NCBI GenBank assembly: GCA_013204395.1
Contig: JABMNZ010000008.1
Coordinates: 15,014 to 79,013, forward strand
Direction: 5' to 3'
Origin: Parcubacteria group bacterium
GTDB taxonomy: Bacteria > Patescibacteriota > Patescibacteriia > UBA9934 > GWF2-40-263
DNA: 64,000 nucleotides
The translations under genes and the position numbers were made by a program. Below, in pieces: positions 49,144 to 59,157 of the stretch (positions are counted from its first letter, which is position 1; every line of letters begins with the position of its first letter). The notes under the pieces were generated by a model. That model was not told the DNA's origin, did no database searches, and worked only from the letters and a program-made list of their open reading frames with translations.

Positions 49144-50013
49144 TTAGCTCACTGGACACTCGGTCCAGGAGCCATCTTCACTGAAGGTGCGTCCGCTCTC
49201 GGTGCCGTCGGCATCTGGAACAACGTAGCACTGGTCGATGCGTTCGACACGTTTGGGATCTGCGCACGGTCCCCATCCACCGCTTGGCAGATGTTGCATG
49301 GGAAGGGCGTAGCCTTGAGCACATCCTACCACGTGGCACCCACCAGGCTCTGGTCCGCCAGCTTGGCCGTGGATGAGCTTGAAGCCGGTGCACAGTGGGT
49401 GGGTGTCTCCCTTGGATTCTTCGGGAAGGGTGCGGATACGCGCACGTGGATGTGTCATGACCGGGGTCACCACGACAGGTTCGGAGCTTTCTTCCAGAAC
49501 CGTGACTTGGAATGGGTCACGTTCGATCTCTGACGCCGCGGAATCGCCATCACCCGAGTCATCATCGTCAGTGGCACTGACGTCGTCACCCGAATCGTCA
49601 TCATCGGCTTCGACGCTCAGGCTCGGTAGCTCGGTTGAGACTACAGATAGCTCGGGGAGCTGTCCGATCGCACGGGTGAGCAGGGCGATCAGGTCCTTGT
49701 CTTGTGTGATGATGATCGTCTGTCCTTTGGGGCCACCCTCGACCACCGTGAGCCCATCGGGTTCAGTTTCTCGATCTTCTTGATCCTGCTGTTCAGGAAT
49801 TCCTTCGGACGGATGCTCTGAGGTAAGACCTTTGAGGATCCGTGAAGGGGTCATGGTGCCACCGATACAGAGGATCACTCCTCCGATGATGAACACAGGC
49901 AGAGCTGCTTTGTGAGGAGAGTCCCCACGTCTTTGCAGTCGCCAGCCGATCCAAAGGACAAAGAGTCCGATCAGCACAAAGAGTCCATCTACGGCCGTCA
50001 AAAGTGGATCCAT
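49144..50013 (-). CDS. Orphan 2-TM protein with acidic linker and Cys-rich C-terminus
   Basis: SD AAGGAGG; DDDDSGD repeats; six Cys near the C-terminus. Confidence 0.7.
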   Translation of the reverse strand: MDPLLTAVDGLFVLIGLFVLWIGWRLQRRGDSPHKAALPVFIIGGVILCIGGTMTPSRILKGLTSEHPSEGIPEQQDQEDRETEPDGLTVVEGGPKGQTIIITQDKDLIALLTRAIGQLPELSVVSTELPSLSVEADDDDSGDDVSATDDDDSGDGDSAASEIERDPFQVTVLEESSEPVVVTPVMTHPRARIRTLPEESKGDTHPLCTGFKLIHGQAGGPEPGGCHVVGCAQGYALPMQHLPSGGWGPCADPKRVERIDQCYVVPDADGTESGRTFSEDGSWTECPVS

Positions 50014-50166
50014 GGACGTGCCTCCTTCCATTGTATTTGCTCAAGCGGCGAGAAACCTCGTCGCTTCAGTTAAATAGCCCTGCGCGCCATCTCCCGAGGG
50101 GAGGAGATGGGGCAGGGCACCGAGCAGAAGCGCTCGGTAGTATTGGACGGTGTAACCGCCCGTTCT

Positions 50167-52077
50167 CTATTTGGGGGCGGTGGTCATCTGACAGGAGTGA
50201 GCCGTTGCCGGATCACTGCCGATGCAGATGGCAAACGCCTTGGCGCCGGACTGCCGACACTCGAAGATCGTTCCCGCTTGCCCACTGGTGAGCGTTCCAG
50301 TCCCTTTGACAGGACACTTCTGGGTATTCACCATGGACGTCGCGTACGACTCCGTCGCTTCGACCCTGGCCTTGAGATCTCTCTCTCGGCTCTGGCTGCC
50401 TTGCATGTCTGTGCGGAGAGCACGGATTTCCCTTTGCGTTGCGCTCAGGTCCGAAGCAATGCTGCTGACTCGCCTTCGGGTGTCTCGCTCCAGATTCCCC
50501 ACGTCATCACGGAGATCATCGACGACGGTAACTGCCTGTGTTGCAAGACTCTCGTATCCGTCTCTCTCACGCGTGAGGATGACGATCTTCGCATCCTTTT
50601 CCGTGTGTTCCGCGATGGCACCAGCGAGGGTTTCGCCGTACTGTCGCAGTCGCTCGGACTGTTTGCTCAGCTCGGCGTCCAGACCTTGGTCTCGTGACAG
50701 ACTGGCATTTCGGTCCAGTGTGTCCTCACGAAGGAGGAAGGCCGTGATCGCCAGTCCTAGTAGGACAAGAAGCGCGGTGAGTGACCACAGGGCAGAGGCG
50801 GGCACGAGCTGCTCACGCTTGACCTTGCGGACGGCGGGAGCGACTTCGGCCTTGCCTGGGATCGGCATGCGGCCTGCACGTCCCATGGACCCGGAGCGAC
50901 TTCGCTTGGGAGGAGCTGTAGGGAACAATCCGTCAGATCGATCGTCCTTGATCTCCCATTCCGTTGGGTCTTGGTCTCGCAGAGCTTCGTTCAGCGGGTC
51001 GACTTCTTCATGGCTGAGGAGCGGTCCGCTCTCGGCCACGGGGAACCTTGCTCCGATGGATGCAGGCTTGCCCCCTGTGACGTCTTCTCCACGCAGTCGC
51101 GCAACGGAACGCTCGAAGCTTTGCAGATCGATGCGCACACCCGACAGAGCCAGGGCCACATCTGCAATGGCTTCTGCACGAGCCTCATTGTCCAGTTCTC
51201 CCTCCGGAAATACTCCAGACACGAGATCATGCACGGTGGCGTAGCTGTCGAACGCAGACGCTTCCTCTGGTGGGGTGATCTCGGGGATCAAGACCAAGTA
51301 CGGAGCCATGTCCTCTGCCGTCGGCGGAGGGACATCCTCCAGGTCATCGCCGTCCAGCTCGGAATCGTCGAGATCAGGCACCTGTGGAGCGTTGACCTCG
51401 GCGGCGAGCTGGCGCAGCACTACTTCGGACTGGAGGTTCTCAAACTGGTGTGCATTCTGGTACCGCACGATGACGTAACCAAGAAGTTCGGGGTTCGGCT
51501 CCAGGTTTCCCAGAAGTACCCGAGTGATCACCGCGAGGTCACGCCCCTCCAGTCTTGATGGGGCTTCTGCAACGATTCGCTGGACCTGCGGACCGCCGTC
51601 TACTCCTAGGTAGGGAGCTTCCGACACGTTCACAAGTCGACCCAAGCTCTCTTGGATCAGGCGGACCTGACCTTCCAGAGTCTTCAGGTCATGCTCCTCG
51701 TATTCGGGGACCCACTCATTGACGACCTTGAGATCAACGTTGGCGCGCCGGTCGAGCCTCTCTTGCTCTCGTGCCTTGTCGGCCGCGGCTTGCTCAGCAG
51801 CTGCTCTCAAGCCCGCCTGTCGTGCGTCCTCGGATCGGTCACCGGTCATCAGAACGATGACCGGAACATCAGGTTCAACTTCTGCTTTTTGAGCCACTTC
51901 AATCTCCAAGCTCATGGTTGAGTCAGACGGCAAAGCGTCCGGGGTGTCGGTGACAGGGGAGTCCGGGATCGGAATCGCGTTGCTCAAGTGATCAGGTGGA
52001 TCTCTCGGATCCGACGACCTGAGTCGAATCGGCGCAGGCAAGGTCCGGGGACCGCCTGGGGGTTCTTCGTTGCCCAT
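50167..52077 (-). CDS. Orphan acidic protein with single TM, coiled coil and Cys-containing tip
   Basis: SD AAGGAGG; Pro/acidic N-terminus; LWSLTALLVLLGLAITAFLL; heptad-like C-terminus. Confidence 0.75.
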   Translation of the reverse strand: MGNEEPPGGPRTLPAPIRLRSSDPRDPPDHLSNAIPIPDSPVTDTPDALPSDSTMSLEIEVAQKAEVEPDVPVIVLMTGDRSEDARQAGLRAAAEQAAADKAREQERLDRRANVDLKVVNEWVPEYEEHDLKTLEGQVRLIQESLGRLVNVSEAPYLGVDGGPQVQRIVAEAPSRLEGRDLAVITRVLLGNLEPNPELLGYVIVRYQNAHQFENLQSEVVLRQLAAEVNAPQVPDLDDSELDGDDLEDVPPPTAEDMAPYLVLIPEITPPEEASAFDSYATVHDLVSGVFPEGELDNEARAEAIADVALALSGVRIDLQSFERSVARLRGEDVTGGKPASIGARFPVAESGPLLSHEEVDPLNEALRDQDPTEWEIKDDRSDGLFPTAPPKRSRSGSMGRAGRMPIPGKAEVAPAVRKVKREQLVPASALWSLTALLVLLGLAITAFLLREDTLDRNASLSRDQGLDAELSKQSERLRQYGETLAGAIAEHTEKDAKIVILTRERDGYESLATQAVTVVDDLRDDVGNLERDTRRRVSSIASDLSATQREIRALRTDMQGSQSRERDLKARVEATESYATSMVNTQKCPVKGTGTLTSGQAGTIFECRQSGAKAFAICIGSDPATAHSCQMTTAPK

Positions 52078-52471
52078 CAGCCCTCCTTGTATCAATCCAA
52101 CAGAGTGTGTCATTAATGCCTCTTCTAAAGAGCGCCCCGTCTCTTCCAGATGAAAAGACGTGAGGTCGAGGTCAATGCAAAACATTGAAATCGACCCCAC
52201 GCTTTCTTCCCATAGAAAAGAGGGGGATTTGTTGACTAGCTAGCTTATAAGAGCCTACACAGGAGACTAGTCTTTTTATCTATTGTAAGGGAAGGAGTCT
52301 GTCAAAAAAAGCCCTGTTTGTCAAGGGAGAGTGCCCAGTGGGGGTTGACGGAGATGTGGGCTAGTAGTAGCCTTCCTCCGTTCCGGTTTGTGGCACCCGG
52401 CACGTCCACCTTGTAGCCACACAGAGGAAGCAGATGAAAAACCCCAGTCCTTTGCCCCCCCGATGTCGCTG

Positions 52472-53371
52472 ATGGGCGCTCGGCTCGAACTTCGGCTGCG
52501 AGCGGCCGTCGTTGAATCCACCCCCGATGAGGATTACGAAGACATCGATGACCTCGATGACGATCCCGTCGTCCGCATCACGGACCTGTCGGAAGTTCGG
52601 TGCTTGGACATGTACGAGTGTGAGGACTTCTTCTACACCCTCGCTCACGAGCTCGGCCTGACGGCGGTGCCCGTGGGTGACTACGTCTTTACCACCAGCC
52701 TGCAAGGGTTGGAGGTCGTGGAGGTCCCCGAGCAGTGGGGTGACAAGGGTTGTCAGGCCATCATGGACCGATTCCCGGTCGGCGGAAGGGCTCTCCAGCA
52801 GGAGCTGATCACCAGCCTGGTCGAGTGGCCGCTGGCGGTCAACATCACGGAAGCGGCGAAGATGCTCTTCCAAGGTGCGCTGTCTCTCGTGGCTGAGCGT
52901 CTCGGAAGTGGTGATGAGCTGGCCGAGGACTTCCTCACCATCAAGCCGCTCTCCCCGCGTGAGAACGGTGCGATGGAGATCATGCAGACGCTGGTCGACG
53001 AGATCATGGTGCTCACCTCCCCGGATCCCCGAGGCTTCCCCTCGCTGATCGTCGAGGTCGTCCGTTGGGAACCCAGCCCCGTCGGGAACTGGTTGAACGC
53101 CGCGCTCGCCACCGCCATGCAGGAGACCATCAAGGACAACAAGAAGGAGTGGGTCACCGAGTGGCTGGTGGCCTGTGACGCGCGACTGGTTGCCGTGCGA
53201 GCGGACGCCGAGGCGAGGTTCACTCGCGCTGCCAGTCAGAACGAGGCGGTCCGTGCCCTCTTCGCGAGCGATGAGCCCGCTGAGTCGGACGCCAGCGAAG
53301 GGCCGTCCTTCCAGGACTCCAGTCCGACCCCCGGTGCGGATACCGAGGGCCAGTCGCAGCACGGAGCCTGA
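52472..53371 (+). CDS. Orphan acidic protein (start uncertain: 52463 or 52472)
   Basis: GC3-rich frame, TTGACG promoter upstream, terminator CCCCGCGA..TCGCGGGG-T run. Confidence 0.7.
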   Translation: MGARLELRLRAAVVESTPDEDYEDIDDLDDDPVVRITDLSEVRCLDMYECEDFFYTLAHELGLTAVPVGDYVFTTSLQGLEVVEVPEQWGDKGCQAIMDRFPVGGRALQQELITSLVEWPLAVNITEAAKMLFQGALSLVAERLGSGDELAEDFLTIKPLSPRENGAMEIMQTLVDEIMVLTSPDPRGFPSLIVEVVRWEPSPVGNWLNAALATAMQETIKDNKKEWVTEWLVACDARLVAVRADAEARFTRAASQNEAVRALFASDEPAESDASEGPSFQDSSPTPGADTEGQSQHGA

Positions 53372-53509
53372 CTCCACAACGCGCTGAACAACTTGTTCAG
53401 CACCCCGCGATACGCATCGCGGGGTTTTTATATTGACGTTTTTCTCTTTCTTCCCTAACCTTCTCTCTCCAGCGACTTTCTCGTCTGGACCCCCCTGATT
53501 GGAGGAGAC

Positions 53510-54532
53510 ATGACCGAATGGGATATCCCAGACGATCCTGAAGACGCGACGTTTTCACTCGTCATCGAGGTGAGCGCATCTGTAAGTGGGGTGCCTCAGT
53601 ACGAAGTCCGGACTCTTCCCATGATCGAGTTCAAAGTATCTCAAGAGGAGTGCATGGAACTTCTGGCTGCAAGGGGTGCCGCACCTTCTCCTCGCTTTGG
53701 CACCTACGTTGTGCTTGCGGATCGCAACCGTGTGTACGTGCTGTCAGCCCCCGAAGGTACGACTCTGGAAGAGCGTCAGTTCATTGCAGGGGCCGTTCGT
53801 GAGAGTCTGCAGGAGTGTCGAGGTCAGTTGGTTGCGATCGCACAGCGGTTGGATCCAGACACGATCAGGGAGGTAGCCATCGCGGCTGTCCGTTCTGTGG
53901 TGGAAGTGAGACGTTTGGAGGATCCCCTTCATGACGATCTGGAGATCCCTGGCCCGAAGCACATTCGGATTGTTGCAGGTTGTTCCGCAGAGGACTTCAC
54001 TACCTTTGGGCTCATGATGATTTCTCCTGGGGTTGGAACTCCTGTTACCAGACTCAAGCCTGGTGCATATTCGATCCACGATGTGAGTGTGTTGGCTTGT
54101 CCCAGGACCCCACGTGGTCCAGTCGACGTGCTGGTCGCGCTCATGCCATCGGATCGGCTGTTGGCAAGAGTCGTGCACGCGGCTCTGGTGACTCGGATAC
54201 AAGAAGCGATTCCTCGGGTCTACAGCGAAGTCCTGATGGGTCTGGCTGTAGCGACCGAGCTGAAGATCCTGCGGTCTGAGCGCTTGTTGGATGAACTCAA
54301 GCGAGCAGGAGCGATCGACCAACATGCGTTCGCTCTGGCAGCGGAACATCGGGAGACCACAGATCGCGCCGAAGCAGAGGAAGCGAAGGAGACACGTGCG
54401 GCCGCAAGGCTTCAGACGCATCTTGAACGCGGCCGCGAACAAATGGCTTTGGGGCAGGACGATCCAGAGGTCACAGATGATTCAGGGTCAGATCTCGATC
54501 CTGATGGAACTACGACGGTTCCTGAAGCGTAG
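53510..54532 (+). CDS. Orphan hypothetical protein
   Basis: SD GGAGG, TTGACG promoter, terminator CCCGCGA..TCGCGGG-T run. Confidence 0.75.
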   Translation: MTEWDIPDDPEDATFSLVIEVSASVSGVPQYEVRTLPMIEFKVSQEECMELLAARGAAPSPRFGTYVVLADRNRVYVLSAPEGTTLEERQFIAGAVRESLQECRGQLVAIAQRLDPDTIREVAIAAVRSVVEVRRLEDPLHDDLEIPGPKHIRIVAGCSAEDFTTFGLMMISPGVGTPVTRLKPGAYSIHDVSVLACPRTPRGPVDVLVALMPSDRLLARVVHAALVTRIQEAIPRVYSEVLMGLAVATELKILRSERLLDELKRAGAIDQHAFALAAEHRETTDRAEAEEAKETRAAARLQTHLERGREQMALGQDDPEVTDDSGSDLDPDGTTTVPEA

Positions 54533-54623
54533 AGCACGCCTGAAGTGAGCCAATCCCGCGAATTACGTCGCGGGTTTTTTATATCTCGACACGGGGTAGA
54601 TCTCGAGCTATACTCGGCTTCAT

Positions 54624-55697
54624 ATGTTGCAAGTAGGTATTGTTGGGCTCCCAAACGTTGGCAAGTCCACACTTTTTCAGACGCTTACCAAAAAACAGGT
54701 TGACTGTGCGAATTTTCCGTTCTGTACAATCGAACCAAACATTGGTGTTGTTGAGGTACCTGATGAGAGGATCGACACACTTTCAAAAATAACTTCTTCT
54801 GAAAAAGTGATACCAACAGCGATCGAGTTTGTTGATATTGCCGGGCTTGTTAAGGGGGCACATAAAGGAGAAGGACTTGGAAACAAGTTTCTCGCCAATA
54901 TTCGTGAAGTGGACATGATTGTGCACGTGGTGCGAGACTTCGTAGATGAGAATGTTCACCATGTTGATGGAACGATCGATCCCGCACGAGATGTTGAGAT
55001 CATTGAGATCGAGCTGGCCATGGCTGATATCGGAACCGTGGATAAGCGACTGAATCTTGTTCGGGGAAAACTGAAATCAGGAAAAACAAAAGAGCTTGAG
55101 ATGCAGTCTGGGGCTTTAGAGAAAATATTTGAAGCGCTAGAACAGGGAAAGATGGCAAACACCATTGAGCTTACAGATGATGAAGAACTTCTTTTGAGCG
55201 ACATGAGTCTTTTGACCCGCAAGCCAATTCTTTATGTGGTGAACGTGGCAGAGGACGCTTCGATGACCGACTGGAAGAGCCCGCTTGGACCAGAACGTCT
55301 AGCAATGCCAATTAGCATAAAGCTTGAGTCAGAGATCATGGATATGGATGGGGAAGAGCAGAAGATGTTTCTTTCAGAGCTCGGTCTTGAGAAATCAGGA
55401 TTGGATCGACTCATCACTAAGTGCTATGAACTTCTAGATTTGATTACGTATTTTACTTCTGGAGAAAAAGAAACACGCGCTTGGACTATTGCGCGTGGAA
55501 CTAAGGCCCCTCAGGCCGCCGGAAAAATTCATACAGATTTTGAAAAAGGATTCATTCGCGCCGAGGTGATTGCCTACGATGACTTCGTGGCTGCTGGGGG
55601 AGAGTCAGGCGCGCGAGATGTTGGAAAACTTAGGGTTGAAGGAAAGGAGTACGTGATGGTAGACGGCGATGTGTGTCACTTCAGGGTGAGTACTTAG
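54624..55697 (+). CDS. ychF: Redox-regulated ATPase YchF
   Basis: GIVGLPNVGKST, NFPFCTIEPN, DIAGLVKGA, AAGKIHTDFEKGFIRAE. Confidence 0.97.
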   Translation: MLQVGIVGLPNVGKSTLFQTLTKKQVDCANFPFCTIEPNIGVVEVPDERIDTLSKITSSEKVIPTAIEFVDIAGLVKGAHKGEGLGNKFLANIREVDMIVHVVRDFVDENVHHVDGTIDPARDVEIIEIELAMADIGTVDKRLNLVRGKLKSGKTKELEMQSGALEKIFEALEQGKMANTIELTDDEELLLSDMSLLTRKPILYVVNVAEDASMTDWKSPLGPERLAMPISIKLESEIMDMDGEEQKMFLSELGLEKSGLDRLITKCYELLDLITYFTSGEKETRAWTIARGTKAPQAAGKIHTDFEKGFIRAEVIAYDDFVAAGGESGARDVGKLRVEGKEYVMVDGDVCHFRVST

Positions 55698-56899
55698 TGT
55701 GAGAACACAAAGATGTCTCTGGCGATGAACTGATCTGAGCGACTATAGAGATAGTCGGCCTCGACGGTATAACCAAGGTTAGAAAGAAGATCATTGATTG
55801 GAAGGCGGTACCATGTATAGGCCTGTCCCCCGGAGCCTTGGCGAAGGGGGGCTTTTTGTTTGAAGGCAGGGAAGGCTACGACGGCTTTGCCACCTGGTTT
55901 AAGAAGAGACTTCAGGACCGCGAAAGAATCTTTGTACATTGGCAGCAAGTCCCTCTCAATCTTTTTCATTTCAAATGGATCTACATGCTCTCTGCGTGGG
56001 GTGCCAAGAAATACTTCTGTAACAATTGCATCAACCGGATCACTGTATTGAGTTTGTAGATCTGCAGCGGCGGAAGTGAAGATGGATAGATCGGGAGTAG
56101 TGATACCAAACTTTTCAACAAGCCAAGTTGTATTTGTTTGCGTGTCCTCTGTCGCTTTTTCTGAAATGTCACTGGCGATCATTTTTTTATAACCCAAAAG
56201 TCCTGCTTCCATAAGTACGGTACCCGAACCGCAGAATGGATCTAAGAGGCTGGCGCCATGAGGGTCAACTCCACTTAGATTGATCATGAGTCTAGCGAGT
56301 TTGGGTGGAAGCATGCCAGATCGTCGGTCTCGTGCTGGTCTTCCTATGTCGCGTGCCTCCCAGCTGCGGAAATCTTGCACGCTTTCTGTTTGCCCAATGA
56401 GAACACGTCCTCCACCTTGGGCGAAGAGAATGTATTCTCCACCGGACGGTAGTAGGTTATTTGTTTCAACAACAGCAGATGAGAGGATCGGTTCCTTGCT
56501 TGAAACAAATCGCACAGGTCGCCCGGATTCTCTTAGTTGTTTTTTTATTCTAACCCCCAGGCTGTTCAAGTCTTTTTCCAGCGCGCGAGTTAGTGAAACA
56601 TCCCCGGCGTTGTAAACACTAATACCGAAGCTAATCTTATTCTTTCCCATGGCACCTGATGCGTAAGAGGCAATGAGCTGAGTGGCATCATCTTCGTCCC
56701 AGCCATCAAGTTCTCCAATGATATGACCAATCTTCACAATACCAGCCAGACGCTCTTGAAGAGCTCCGAGGTTCTTCTCTGAAATGTCCGCTAGAAGCAC
56801 TTTGTCAGTAGATTGGATAATTTTAAAGCCATCGCCAAGTACGGCGTTTAGCTCTGCAATACTGAGTTCAGATTGTGCTCCAAGGATGAAATAGACCAT
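55694..56899 (-). CDS. TRM11/UPF0020-like SAM-dependent RNA methyltransferase
   Basis: GMLPPKLARLMINL, LLDPFCGSGT, ASDIS. Confidence 0.85.
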   Translation of the reverse strand: MVYFILGAQSELSIAELNAVLGDGFKIIQSTDKVLLADISEKNLGALQERLAGIVKIGHIIGELDGWDEDDATQLIASYASGAMGKNKISFGISVYNAGDVSLTRALEKDLNSLGVRIKKQLRESGRPVRFVSSKEPILSSAVVETNNLLPSGGEYILFAQGGGRVLIGQTESVQDFRSWEARDIGRPARDRRSGMLPPKLARLMINLSGVDPHGASLLDPFCGSGTVLMEAGLLGYKKMIASDISEKATEDTQTNTTWLVEKFGITTPDLSIFTSAAADLQTQYSDPVDAIVTEVFLGTPRREHVDPFEMKKIERDLLPMYKDSFAVLKSLLKPGGKAVVAFPAFKQKAPLRQGSGGQAYTWYRLPINDLLSNLGYTVEADYLYSRSDQFIARDIFVFSH

Positions 56900-57019
56900 A
56901 GATAAGGTTTGCCTGCTCATTATTGACCAAAAATGCAAAGAAAGCTAGGATGCCACCGTTAATCACTAACTGTCCAAGACCCTAATGGGTTGCTCGAGGC
57001 TACTCGAGCCAGTACGCTT

Positions 57020-57625
57020 ATGAAAGAATACGAACTCTTTTACCTCGTACCGTCGCAGTTTACAGACGACGAAGTCACTGGTATCCAGAAGATTGTCGCT
57101 GACCTGCTGAAGGCTAACGAGGCAACGATTCTCCGTGATGAGAATCTGGGAAAGGTCACTCTGGCTTATCCAATCAAGAGGGTGACTCATGGCACATACG
57201 TCATCGTTCACTTTGACGCTGAACCATCTGTTATCAAGGAGCTTGATCGAAAGCTAAAGCTTACAGATGAAGTATTGCGCCACATGCTTCTTGCTCGCGC
57301 AGCAGGAGCTGTTGAGAAAAAGATCGACCTTAGCTCTTACGTGGCACCCCTTAATGAAGAGGGTCGACGTACCATGGGTGAGGAAGAAAAAGAAGAAGCT
57401 CCACGAGCACCACGAGCACCACATTCAGCTCCAGCAGCACCGGTCGCACCAGCGACACCGACTGAACCTAAAGAACCGGCCGTAGAAGCTCCAGTTGAAG
57501 AAGTGGTAAAGATCGCTCCTCCAACACCGTCAGCCACAACGGCTGAGGAAACAAAGATGACCATGGAAGAGTTGGATCAGAAGCTCGATAAAATTCTAGA
57601 TGGTGACATTGCAGACAATATTTAA
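57020..57625 (+). CDS. rpsF: 30S ribosomal protein S6 with long C-terminal extension
   Basis: MKEYEL, LAYPIK, EVLRHML; rpsF-ssb-rpsR order. Confidence 0.92.
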   Translation: MKEYELFYLVPSQFTDDEVTGIQKIVADLLKANEATILRDENLGKVTLAYPIKRVTHGTYVIVHFDAEPSVIKELDRKLKLTDEVLRHMLLARAAGAVEKKIDLSSYVAPLNEEGRRTMGEEEKEEAPRAPRAPHSAPAAPVAPATPTEPKEPAVEAPVEEVVKIAPPTPSATTAEETKMTMEELDQKLDKILDGDIADNI

Positions 57626-57636
57626 TTGACATACGT

Positions 57637-58095
57637 ATGTATTCACTCAATCGAGCGACCATCATCGGAAATCTTACTCGCGAGCCGGAATTGAAGCAGA
57701 TTCCCTCTGGTCAAAAAGTCTGTTCATTTGCCGTGGCCACTAATCGTTCATGGAAAGATCCAAGTGGAGCAAAGCAGGAGGCGTCTGAGTTTCACAATGT
57801 TGTGGCTTGGGCAAAGCTTGCTGAGATTTGCGCACAGTATCTTAAAAAGGGCAGCAAAGTGTATATCGAAGGACGACTTCAGACACGTGACTGGGAGGGT
57901 CAAGACGGTGTACGTCGATATCGAACTGAGATTGTGGCCGAGAATATGATTATTCTTGATAAGCCATCTGGTGGAGGTGGTGGAAATTACACTCCTGGAA
58001 CACCAAGTGCGTTCGTTCCACCTCAGGCCCCTGCCATCAGTGACCCAGCGCCAAACCCCGATGATGAAATCATGATTGAAGATATCCCATTTTAA
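57637..58095 (+). CDS. ssb: Single-stranded DNA-binding protein
   Basis: IGNLTREPE, YIEGRLQTR, EDIPF tail. Confidence 0.97.
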   Translation: MYSLNRATIIGNLTREPELKQIPSGQKVCSFAVATNRSWKDPSGAKQEASEFHNVVAWAKLAEICAQYLKKGSKVYIEGRLQTRDWEGQDGVRRYRTEIVAENMIILDKPSGGGGGNYTPGTPSAFVPPQAPAISDPAPNPDDEIMIEDIPF

Positions 58096-58098
58096 ACT

Positions 58099-58326
58099 AT
58101 GACAAATAACAACATCGTGAAGAAGCAAAAGCAATGCTACTTCTGCTACAACAACATCCAAGACGTTGATTATAAGGATGTAACCATTTTGCGCCGGTTT
58201 CTATCTTCCTTTGCTAAGATCGTTCCACGAAAGCGCTCAAAGGTTTGCATGAAACATCAACGAACCCTTAACACAGCCATCAAGAGAGCTCGTGTTATGG
58301 CCCTCCTTCCATTCGTACAAAATTAA
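58099..58326 (+). CDS. rpsR: 30S ribosomal protein S18 (Cys-containing, Zn type)
   Basis: CYFC, DYKDV, HQR, AIKRAR. Confidence 0.95.
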   Translation: MTNNNIVKKQKQCYFCYNNIQDVDYKDVTILRRFLSSFAKIVPRKRSKVCMKHQRTLNTAIKRARVMALLPFVQN

Positions 58327-58327
58327 C

Positions 58328-59155
58328 ATGCCCTCAAAACAGGACATGATGAGGCGGCTTGCCATGTGGCAGGACGTTGAAGACAAGATCCACGCCTTTT
58401 TCAAAGCGCGTGGATTTGTTTTTGTCAGAACACCACTTCTTACTCGTCATCCCGGGATGGAGCCTAATTTAGATCCCATCGAGACTCGGGTCCATATCAC
58501 AAACCCAAGTACAGAGGTAAGTGCTGGGTTAATCACTTCACCGGAATATGCGATGAAGAAGTTGTTGGGCGCGGGAATGGAACGTATTTATACGATCACG
58601 CCAGTTTTCAGAGATAAAGAATCTATTGGTCCTCATAATCTTCCTGAGTTCAGCATGCTTGAGTGGTATGCGCCTGGAGGTTATATGGATCTTGTTGATG
58701 AGACTGAGAAGTTACTTCAGTACGTTCTTGAGGATGACACACAATGGGCAAGATTGTCTTATGCTGATGCAGGAGTAGATTCCTTTGGGGATCCACACAC
58801 GGACAAGAAAAGATTTTTCGTGACAGAGTATCCAGTGGATCAGGCATCGCTAGCACGGTTAAGTGATGATGGGAGCTATGCTGAACGGTTTGAGGCTTTT
58901 GGTGATGGATTGGAACTGTGTAATGGTTTTTGTGAACTCACTGATGTGGCCGAGCAGCGCAAACGTTTTGAACAAGAGCAAGAGGAGAGACGTCAGTTAG
59001 GAAAGACTATCTTTCCAATTGATGAGGATCTCTTGAAAGCCCTTGGTCAGATTAAGGGATCGGTTTACGGCAATGCTCTTGGCCTTGACCGGCTCATTAT
59101 GCTCAAGTACGCTGAGCGCGATATCAGAGACATTCAACTTTTATACTTTTGCTAG
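58328..59155 (+). CDS. epmA: EF-P lysine aminoacylase (GenX/EpmA)
   Basis: TSPEYAMKKLL, HNLPEFSMLEWY, AERFE, ELCNGF, ALGLDRL; adjacent to efp. Confidence 0.88.
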   Translation: MPSKQDMMRRLAMWQDVEDKIHAFFKARGFVFVRTPLLTRHPGMEPNLDPIETRVHITNPSTEVSAGLITSPEYAMKKLLGAGMERIYTITPVFRDKESIGPHNLPEFSMLEWYAPGGYMDLVDETEKLLQYVLEDDTQWARLSYADAGVDSFGDPHTDKKRFFVTEYPVDQASLARLSDDGSYAERFEAFGDGLELCNGFCELTDVAEQRKRFEQEQEERRQLGKTIFPIDEDLLKALGQIKGSVYGNALGLDRLIMLKYAERDIRDIQLLYFC

Positions 59156-59157
59156 TT

